A stretch of 30,019 nt of DNA, taken from the NCBI GenBank assembly GCA_043778965.1, contig JAYWFD010000090.1, positions 1 through 30,019 of the forward strand. The letters are read 5' to 3'. The notes beneath the pieces were generated by a model, which saw only the letters and a list, made by a program, of their open reading frames with translations, did no database searches and had not been told where the DNA came from. Origin of the DNA: Candidatus Altimarinota bacterium (GTDB lineage Bacteria; Patescibacteriota; Gracilibacteria; BD1-5; UBA2023). The position numbers were made by a program, and so were the translations under genes. This document shows, piece by piece, positions 19,910 to 28,694 of the stretch (position 1 is its first letter; every line of letters begins with the position of its first letter).

Positions 19910-22422
19910 ATGTACTCCAAAAAAATACAAAAATACATAACTATCATCCTCTTATGCTGTGAAGTATTATTTTTTAGTACTTCTAATGGTTATGGCCGAA
20001 TCGTGAGAAATTCGATAGATGCTCTTCCTTATGGTGATATACAAGAAACCTCAGAGAGATTCGATCTTCTCGATTCTCCACTCATAACAGAGTCAGTTCC
20101 AGATACTGTATCAGAAGAGCTCACTCTTCCTTTTCAAAATGGAGGTATCTGAACCCTCTCAAATGCTCTTATCGAAAAAAGGACAACTCTTCATGGCATA
20201 GTACAAAGTAGTATCATCACGAGTGAACTCCTCGAAAATACTCTCATCAGAAATGCTGCAGAACTCTCACTTAACATGGAAGGTTTCGGTATTTCAGAAA
20301 CTCATGGAATAGAGACAGATAAGGCTCGTTCGCATTTTCGTATGAAAGAGTGATGATCTGAGACTGAAATTATCACCTTCGAATATGGAATACCTGGGGA
20401 ACATATCATATTTTCGAAACCCGTACGACTCGAAATCAATACTCCAAATATTCCTCATGGGAGATTCGTGGATATTCTTGTACGACATTCCACTGATACT
20501 GAGTATAACACCAGCGGGCTTTCTACATCTTCTGATACCGAATGTACCTCAAGTGGAGTAGCAACAAAACCCAGTAATACGGGGATAGTACGGAACGGGA
20601 AAATAGTATTCTATACTTGTGGTGCATCCTCATTTGCCCTCGGATACACACCTATCATCGACCTTCCGAACAATATCGTCTGGACTACTACTCCCTATAC
20701 AACAGATAACAAGGTAATAATAGGATGACAGTTCACTACTATTTGATGAGTCGCGATGAGTGGTGTAGCAAGGATAAGTACCGGAGGAGCTTTAGATACG
20801 ACATTTGCGAATCCTCTCGTCAATAACATCGTCTATGCTTCTGCAATACAATCTGATGGAAAGGTACTTATATGAGGCTTATTCACTATTATAGGAACTG
20901 GTGCAATAGTACGTAATTATCTTGCACGACTAAGCACGGATGGAACTCTGGATCTGACATTTAATGCGAATATCACTGTAGTAGTTGCCAATGCTGTACG
21001 TGCTATCGTGGTACAAAGTGATGGAAAAATACTTATAGGATGAATATTTACTACTGTCTGAGGAGTAGCACGGAATCGTATCGCAAGACTCAACAGTGAT
21101 GGAACTCTTGATCTGACATTTAATGCGAATTCGAATAATATCGTATATACGATAGGAGTACAAAGTGATGGAAAGGTGCTCATCGGATGAACATTTACGA
21201 CTATGGGAGGAGTAGCACGAAATAGACTCGCTCGTGTCAACTCTACAGGCGCACTCGATACAGTATTCAATCCAAATGTGAATAATACTGTCTGGGATCT
21301 CAAGATCGATGCAGGGGGAATATCGTCTTCGGATGACAATTTACGACGGTCGGAGTCACGGCAAAAAATAGACTTGCAAGAGTGAGTAGTACCGGGGGGC
21401 TCGATGCGGGATTTGATCCGAATGTAAACAATATCGTTCAAGCTCTCACGATCGAACCAAGTGGAAACATCATATTCTGAGGGACATTTACGACTGTGAC
21501 GGCTACAGCAAGGAATAGAATTGCGAGGGTCACTTCTACGGGAGCATTGAATGGAAGTTTTAATCCGAATGCGAATGGAATAGTATATGCACTTGGGATA
21601 GACATAGACTATAATTTACTCGTCTCTTGAGCTTTTACCACACTTTGAACCAAGACTGTTCTATATTTTTCATGGATTGGGCTTCTTGTTCCAGATAGTA
21701 TTCCACCAATTATAGATTCTGTATCTATTGCCTCTGGTACACTATTGCCAAGTGGAGATTTTTCTTTTGTATCGACATATTCCGATGCTGGTAGTGGTAT
21801 AGACACAAGTTCTATCGATATTGCTATCCAAGAATGGAGCGGATCTACTTGGTGAGATGATATTTCTCCGCTCTACCTCTCTGGAAGCCCAGATATCACG
21901 TCCTCGACTGGTACTTGGCAATTCGTGGATATGCCCTATGGGAAACATCTCTATACATTCACAGTAAGAGATTATCAAGGGAATGGCACCATCGTATCCA
22001 ATGAATTCTATATCGATGAGATTGAATGGATACTCAATCAACCTACGGTCGATATTGGAAACATAACTCCATGAGTCCAGAAAACCTCGAATCCCAGTGA
22101 GCTTACCATCACTGTGAAGACTGTCTGAGCACCGTTTATATTGTCCATGTCGGGAACTCCCCTTTCTTATAGTGGCGAGGTTATAGTACACTGGACAGGA
22201 ACCGGTGGGTATGGATTCGAACAATATTCTGGTGGATACAGCAACATCATATCATCGATGAGCGGTTGAGTGACGATCGTCACTCAACCAGGAAATATCA
22301 ATACCAATGGAGATAAAAATACCTATACGTATCGTATACAATATGGTGGTCTCATAGATGTATATGCATTTTCATGAGACTATAGAAGCACTCTTCAGTT
22401 TGGATTAGACCTCACTTACTAA
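19910..22422 (+). pseudogene. Secreted delta-60-repeat (seven-blade beta-propeller) surface protein, about 837 aa if intact, split by a 1-nt frameshift at about 21314-21320
   Basis: Signal peptide and repeats QSDGKVLIGG.FT...RN.LARL.SDG.LD.TF. Frame +2 stops at TAA 21425-21427, while the repeat pattern continues in frame +1 from about 21320 to TAA 22420-22422. May be a true frameshift or an assembly error. Confidence 0.75.
20669..21681 (+). repeat. Seven tandem protein-coding delta-60-type repeats (about 140-160 nt each)
   Basis: Seven consecutive units with V-x(5-7)-DG/SG-K/N-(V/I)L-I-GG-x-FT ... R-x-A-R ... G-x-LD-x-x-F, counted by manual translation. Confidence 0.8.
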
Positions 22423-22494
22423 GCTCCGTATTATTACTTGCTATCTCTATGAGATTTTTTATACTCTAGAGTGATACTATCACTCTCTTTACTC

Positions 22495-22941
22495 ATGTCT
22501 GTCATCTACAGTTACCCTTGCACACATCTTGACGGAAGAAATGAAAAAATAACGATTTCTACAGGTCCAGTTATCAAAAGTAAAGTAGGATCAAGATTGT
22601 TATTGCATATCTCAAAAGAAACAAAAAAATACCAATTTATCGGAGGACGCTTCGACGATACCTTAAACTTTCGTGAAAATGCTCTTATACGAGCACAGGA
22701 AATCATATGAGATACTCCTATCTCGCTTTCTGATGATGAACCACTTGTACTTATTGGCATGATCAAACGCGATGGAAATGAAGAGAATATAGTACTTATA
22801 CACTACCTTGGGACCATCGAAGATGAAACAGCAGTCGGTGAAGCGAAGTGGTTCACTCTTCGGGAGATACTGCTTCTCGATGCGGAGAATAAAACTTCAT
22901 CAGAAAATATTCGAATTGCAAGTACCTACTTCCTGAGATAA
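22495..22941 (+). CDS. Nudix-fold protein with a degenerate Nudix box, 148 aa
   Basis: KYQFIGGRFDDTLNFRENALIRAQEIIG and EAKWFTLREI. Joins track ORFs 22471..22710 and 22759..22941 through TGA; an alternative GTG start lies at 22471. Confidence 0.7.
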
Positions 22942-22976
22942 TAGAATTCCTCTCATCAGAATTTTTCTGCCTCTCT

Positions 22977-23876
22977 ATGTTCAACCTTCCTACTACCCCC
23001 TCTTTTGGTATACGATTTGCACTCGTGATATCCATCATGCTTGCGATTCTTAAGGCGATTATCGGTTTCGCATCAGGGTCGCTTGCGATTCTAGGATCAG
23101 CACTCGACTCTCTTATGGATATGTTCGTCTCGGGAGTGAACGTGATCGCACTCAAACTCTCAGAAAAAAACCGTACAAAAAGATATGCATACTGACTTGG
23201 AAAAGTCCAAGGATTTGCTACAATATTCGAATGATTGATCATACTCGGATCATGAGTATTCCTTGGATACAATGGCATAGTGAATTTTCTTGCAAATAAA
23301 TCACCAACTGTCTCTCTTCCTGAGATTATCGCCATGATTGTAGCGATAATCTGAACATCGATCATCATGTGGAATTTTCTTCGTATTGCGAAAATCAATA
23401 GTTCTCTTCTTATAAGATCGGATGCTCTTCACTATTCTTCTGATCTTTTCATGAATAGTGGGATACTCATTGCACTACTTCTCACAAAATATTTTTCACT
23501 TTGGTGGGCTGACTCGGTATTTGCATTTGGGATTGCTCTCTGGATCATGAAAAATGCTATCCCAATAATCTGGAGTGGAATATCAATGCTCCTTGATCAA
23601 TCTCTCACAGAAGAAGAGGTAAGAGATATAGAGAAGATTCTCAAAAATGAAAAATGACTGGAATGATACCACTATCTCAAGACTCGAAAATCATGAGACG
23701 ATATCTTTATCGAGGCACATATCGTTTTCCGGGACAAAAATATCCTACTCTCACAAGCACATAGTCACTCTGAAAATATAGAATCCCGACTCTGAGCGCG
23801 TTTTCCTGGTGCCACCATAACACTCGACCTCGATACCGAGCCCGAACCAGAAACGTGTGAGATCACTAAACAATAA
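22977..23876 (+). CDS. Cation diffusion facilitator (FieF/YiiP-like) transporter, 299 aa
   Basis: SGSLAILGSALDSLMD (TM2 DxxxD), YAYGLGKVQG, DALHYSSD (TM5 HxxxD), WADSV, C-terminal cytoplasmic domain with HYLKTRKSG and AHSHSE. Confidence 0.92.
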
Positions 23877-23904
23877 ATATTTTTTACTTTCTCATTCTTC
23901 TCCT

Positions 23905-24369
23905 ATGAAAAAAATCCTCTTCTTTCTCTTTTTTCTTCTCTTTACGGGACTGTTATTTATCTGGGATGAAACTATGACGACTTTCTGGAAAGAAGGAGAG
24001 CATTTTTCATTTCTAAGCGAATGATTTCTCTCATGGATCCAAAATTATTCATACATATGAGAGTGAATTCTTGCCTATAAAAACTCTATACTCATATTTT
24101 CGGTACTATGACTTCTCATCACTGTACCCCTTTATTTTTATGGAAAGAAAAAAGAAAGAATACGAAGTAATCCCCTGACTCAGGGAAAAGCAGTCATAGA
24201 TGGGAACTCTATACTCTCCGCTGGAAGTCTTCCTGCCAGTGAGAAAAAACGAGAAAAAGAAACAAAAGTATGACCATTTATGCCGAAAGATGTCAATACA
24301 AAGAAAGAAGTGAAAATACCCAAAGATGTCGATCTTGATACTATGAAAACATTACTCAAGAAAGAATAA
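23905..24369 (+). CDS. Hypothetical membrane protein, 154 aa (two hydrophobic segments, Lys/Glu-rich tail)
   Basis: ATG 23905 to TAA 24367-24369, open with TGA=Gly. Confidence 0.7.
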
Positions 24370-24396
24370 ATGGAAATTCAAGCTCATTAAAAAAAA

Positions 24397-25275
24397 CTAT
24401 ACGAGATAGTAGAGGCTCACTATCGTCAGGAGAAAAGCGATTATTTTTTTATAGGTAACTTTTTCTCCTGAGAAAATTACAGAGAGAATAATCGGAACAA
24501 AGAGAGAATATGCTGCAATTTTTGTAATTATATTCATATTTCCTCATTGGAGATAGGCATTTAAAACTGAAATAGCTGAAATATAAACAAATATTGTAGC
24601 AATGATTCAGATAATGAGAGTATTTAAATTTTCTCTCCAATGAGTAAAGTATACTCTCAATGCTTTTCGATCGATGCTTACTGAAATGATCAACATTGTC
24701 ACTCATTGGTAAAAAAGCATTATTGGAGGTGAAAAATCAGAAGTTCCTTGTAGTTTTGCGAAGATTTGTATCCCAACTCCCGCTCCGATACTCAAAAAAA
24801 GAAATAAAATTGCATTTCCCCATTTTCTCGAATGTAGTAATTTTTTATCATCTTCAAACAGAAAGATAATAGCACTCGTTCAGAGAAATAATCCAAAATA
24901 TTGTGAATAGGAAATACTTTCTTTAAAAAATAGTACACCTAAGATAGTGAGAATTATCGTCAATCCAATTCGATAACCGATATAGTACTCTGACGAGGAA
25001 AGATAGTGCAATGCCCTAACTCGTAGGCGAATGTTACTAAATATGATAATAGCGATAATAACAGAGATAGCTATAATGGATGTTTCATCTTTTCACCAAG
25101 ATATCCGATCACCCATAAAAACTGTCTGAAGAAATCATCATATCAAATATGTCAAGCCCTGAAGAAAGGTAAAAATTGCCCCATCCACTTTTCTATCCGA
25201 GAGGAGCTTCACGAGATATCCATTGATCCCTATCGAAAGTGATGCGATGATGGCATAAAAAAACCATAGTTCCAT
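24397..25275 (-). CDS. EamA/DMT-family transporter, 292 aa (entirely missed by the track)
   Basis: MELWFFYAIIASLSIGING..., about ten hydrophobic segments, two half-repeats ending ILGVLFFKESIS and LSVIFSGEKVT. Confidence 0.85.
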
Positions 25276-25311
25276 ATTCGGATACTATAGTTTTTTGGAT
25301 ATGATGCAACT

Positions 25312-25935
25312 TTACTTTACCTCAGTAAAGAGTGACTCTTTCGTAAATCGAGATTTCGGACGAGGAGACTCATCGACTGCACGATAACCGATCGGAAGGA
25401 GTAAGACCGCCTTCTGAGAATCAGGAAGTCTGAGAAGTTCTCCTACTGCGACAGGATCGAATCCTTCCATAGGACATGAATCAATCTCGAGTTCCGCAAG
25501 AGCCGCCATAGCAAATCCTTGAGCTATATATGCTTGTCTCGCAGACCATCCGAGAGCATCTGTAGGATCAGCCTTACTCGCGACGAAACCTGCTACCATA
25601 TCTTCATATCCTTTCAGCTGCGCACGTACTTCTGGATTCCCACCAGAGAGAAGTACGAAGAACTCCTCTTTATTCTCAGGAAGATCAGTACGAGCCGTGA
25701 AGACGATCAGATGAGAAGATGAGCCGATCTGTGGCTGATTCCATGCTGCTGCCTGGATTTTATCCTTGATATCTTGACTCGATACCACATAGAAGTGATA
25801 TGGTTGCATCCCGAATGAAGTAGGAGTGAGTCGTATCGCTTCGAGGAGAGTATCGAGATTAACATCTGAAACTTTGCGAGTAGGATCGAATTTTTTCGTA
25901 GCATACCGCCAGTTGAGATTGGAGAGAAAAGACAT
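25312..25935 (-). CDS. Nitroreductase-family NAD(P)H-dependent flavin oxidoreductase, 207 aa
   Basis: LNWRYATKKFD, IRLTPTSFGMQPYHF, WNQPQI, EIDSCPMEGFD, LLPIGYR. Confidence 0.93.
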   Translation of the reverse strand: MSFLSNLNWRYATKKFDPTRKVSDVNLDTLLEAIRLTPTSFGMQPYHFYVVSSQDIKDKIQAAAWNQPQIGSSSHLIVFTARTDLPENKEEFFVLLSGGNPEVRAQLKGYEDMVAGFVASKADPTDALGWSARQAYIAQGFAMAALAELEIDSCPMEGFDPVAVGELLRLPDSQKAVLLLPIGYRAVDESPRPKSRFTKESLFTEVK

Positions 25936-26047
25936 ATAATTTAGTTTAAAATATAAAGTAATTAGATTCTATAGAGAACTACATGAAATGCAAATTATTT
26001 TGCTTTAGAAAAGAAATTGACTATTATAAAAATAACTTAGAAAAAAT

Positions 26048-26353
26048 ATGGTCAAATCTCCAAGCTGTGCCTGTCCGAATACGACTCATCTTTTTACTCT
26101 CCTCGGGAAAAAATGGAATATTTTTATCATGCATGCGATCGCCTCTGGTCATCATACCTTCACGACTATCAGAGAGCATACAGGTAAGCCCAATACGAAG
26201 ATCCTGACTGATCGACTAGCAGAACTCGTAGAAGCTAGAGTCCTCGAGAAATGTACAAATGAATGAAGTTATGGACTTACTCCCCTCGGAAAAGAACTTA
26301 CAAAAAAAATTATCGGACTTGGTGAATGGTGGGCAAGCACTTCGGAGAAATAA
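26048..26353 (+). CDS. HxlR-family winged-helix transcriptional regulator, 101 aa
   Basis: CACP...LLGKKWNIFIM...KILTDRLAELVEARVL...YGLTPLGKEL...EWW. Divergent from the nitroreductase. Confidence 0.88.
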
Positions 26354-26364
26354 TCTTCAGAAAT

Positions 26365-26850
26365 ATGGATATATACTATCGTATCGTCCGATATTTAAAT
26401 CGATATATCACCTTCACTCCTGAATTTCAGGAGTATGTTTCACGCGCGAATTTTATCGATTCAGCAAAAAAGTATCTCGACTATCCATACATACTCGGTG
26501 GGGATGGGTCAGATAAGACCAACTGAATCGACTGTTCTCATCTTATCTCTCGATCACTCATCGATACATGATGTATGAATCTATATTTTTATCGAACTGC
26601 TCAATATCTTCGGAGTATCACGAAAGAAGTACAATCAGAATCAGAAATCCGACCAGGAGATCTACTCTTTCTCTGGGATGATACCGTTGAGATCGGACAT
26701 GTGGCGATCATACTAGAAGTACTCGGATATGAAAACCTGGAGATTCTCGATGCATCTGGTCCATCTACAGGTATATGGTCGACGAAAATTCGAGGTATTC
26801 AGCTCGGATGAGAGAAGTATCTGATTGGAAGTCTTAATTTTATTAGATAA
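26365..26850 (+). CDS. NlpC/P60-family cysteine peptidase without signal peptide, 161 aa
   Basis: AKKYLDYPYILGG, G(TGA)IDCSHL (catalytic Cys), RTAQYL, IRPGDLLF, GHVAI (catalytic His). Confidence 0.9.
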
Positions 26851-26852
26851 TT

Positions 26853-26880
26853 TTGACATATTTTACTATATTTGTATAGT
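26853..26880 (+). promoter_or_regulatory. sigma70-like promoter for thrC
   Basis: TTGACA 26853-26858, 16-nt spacer, TATAGT 26875-26880. Confidence 0.55.
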
Positions 26881-26901
26881 AATTTTACTTTAAAATAATT
26901 T

Positions 26902-28521
26902 ATGTTCACATCTACAATCTCAAGAAAACTTCACTTCAATACTTTCTACAAACAATTTGTTGACTCTCGTGGATATGTCGATGCCGTGAACCTTCCTGAT
27001 GCCGTACAAAAAAGTCAGCCAGATAAGGGTGGTGGACTCTTTTCCTTAGAAGAGTGAGGTCTCCCTTTTTTCAATACTGACTATTTAAAATGAATGGCTA
27101 ATTTTGATTATAAGAAGCTGGCAATGGTTATACTCTGATCTTTTGAGTGGGGCATATCTCCAGAAGAATTTGAGAAAATTATCGACGAAGCCTATGCTGA
27201 ACAATGGCTCAAACCACACGGAGATAACTGGTATAGTAAGGATGTAACCCCTATAAAACATGTTTGAGAATGACTTTATTCTCTTCATCTTGGGTATGGT
27301 CCGACCATGGCATTTAAGAATGTAGCCCTCGAATTCCTCCCTCGCTTTCTCGATGCTATCATAACCAAGCTATCTCAGCGTGGTACAAAGATCAAAACTC
27401 GACATGTACTCGGAGCCTCAAGTGGTGATACCATCAATGCTGCACATCATGGAGTAAAGTGAACTCAGCATATCAAATCTATATTCATGCTTCCTGAACG
27501 TGATCCAAATACAGGCAAGTGACCATCTCAGGTTCAAGCACTCCAGGCGACACATGGACTGATGAATAATCCAAATGCTCTTACACTTCTTGTAGATGTA
27601 CCTTTTGATCCCGCTCAAGATATTATCAAAGCTCTTAATGGTGATAATTTTAGTTCGTTTAAGGAAGAATATGGCATCACGTCATTTAACTCGATTAATA
27701 TTGCTCGTATCCTTGCCCAGACTGTATACTACTTCCGAGCCTATACTGAGCTCGTAAAACAGTGAGTAATACCAGCAGGACAGGAAGTCGTCTTCTCTGT
27801 TCCTTCAGGAAACTTCTGAGATGCACTTGCTGGTATGTATGCGAAATATATGGGACTCCCCATCAAGATGATCCATATAGCTACCAATGAAAATGATGTC
27901 CTCGACGAATTTTTCCATACTGGTATATACCGTCCTCGCGATGAGAAAAATGTGAGAATCTCAAATGCTCCATCTCAGGATATAGCAAAGTCGAGCAACC
28001 TCGAACGAGCAATATTTCTGGCTTGTGGTGGTGATCAAAAAAAGATGAACCAATGGTATAACATAGATCTCAAGGAAAAAGGATATTTCGAAGTTGACAC
28101 TGAAACATTGAGAAATCTTCAGTCTACATTTAGCTCTTCAAAAAGCACTGATGCTGAACGTCTCTCGACTATACAAGGGATGCTAGATCAATACTGACAC
28201 CCTATCGAGACTCATACTGCTACTGCTGCTACACCGTGGCTTGATGGTACATTCGATGAGTATAAGAAAGCTGGTGTTCCAGTCATCATGCTTGAAACAT
28301 CACATCATGCACAATTTCGAAGTGAACTTACGAAAGAGTGAATTATCCTTCCAGAAGATGGGGAATTTATTGAGACGATAGAAGCGATGAAACAAGCGAA
28401 ACCTGAACAAGGCGTACACTTTTTACGACTAGACTTAAAAGATAGAACTCCAGCTCAAAGAATAGCAATAGTCCAGCAAGCAGTAGAGATGGCTGCTCGA
28501 GATATATTCCCAACCAGATAG
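26902..28521 (+). CDS. thrC: Threonine synthase (long, E. coli/yeast-type subfamily), divergent, 539 aa
   Basis: DKGGGLF, GPTMAFKN (PLP lysine), GASSGDT, NSINIARILAQTVYYF, VPSGNFG(TGA)D, IATNENDVL, DIAKSSNLER. Stop TAG at 28519-28521. Confidence 0.85.
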
Positions 28522-28531
28522 AATAATATTT

Positions 28532-28559
28532 TTGACTCTCATCACTTTCTCTCTATACT
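28532..28559 (+). promoter_or_regulatory. sigma70 promoter for the lysA leader
   Basis: TTGACT 28532-28537, 16-nt spacer, TATACT 28554-28559; leader ATG 7 nt downstream. Confidence 0.65.
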
Positions 28560-28566
28560 TAAATTC

Positions 28567-28617
28567 ATGTTCTCTAAAGTTATCATCATGAAGAAGATTT
28601 TCTCTCCACTCGGATAG
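28567..28617 (+). CDS. Putative leader peptide MFSKVIIMKKIFSPLG (attenuator control ORF for lysA)
   Basis: ATG 28567 to TAG 28615-28617. Three Lys codons including tandem AAG AAG at 28591-28596. Its 3' end is complementary to the 5' arm of the downstream terminator. Confidence 0.6.
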   Translation: MFSKVIIMKKIFSPLG

Positions 28618-28646
28618 GTTCTTTGTCGTGATATCCCAAACACTTC

Positions 28647-28680
28647 AAGCCTCTCCGAGAAATCGGGGAGGTTTTATTTA
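28647..28680 (+). terminator. Intrinsic terminator (attenuator 3:4 helix) 20 nt upstream of the lysA start
   Basis: AAGCCTCTCCGA-GAAA-TCGGGGAGGTTT, a 12-bp stem with two G-U pairs and a GNRA loop, followed by TATTTA. Confidence 0.8.
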
Positions 28681-28694
28681 ACTCTTTTTCTCAT

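Noticed and set aside
20669-21681. Periodic nucleotide repeats as a possible CRISPR array
   Set aside because: The units are degenerate, in-frame protein repeats (delta-60 blades) with no identical direct repeats or unique spacers, and no cas genes are present.
24370-24390. Six-codon micro-ORF (MEIQAH) right after the 23905-24369 gene
   Set aside because: Too short and without regulatory context; likely chance in AT-rich intergenic DNA.
25983-26005. TGCAAA...TTTGC near-palindrome in the nitroreductase/HxlR and dsbA intergenic regions as part of a Fur regulon
   Set aside because: TTGCA is a frequent -35 element in this window and arises on both strands at divergent promoters, so it is not distinguishable from chance.
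28522-28694. Lysine riboswitch or T-box upstream of lysA
   Set aside because: Only about 80 nt lie between the start site and the terminator, too short for a lysine riboswitch aptamer, and no T-box AGGGTGGNACCGCG-like sequence is present. The uORF model fits better.
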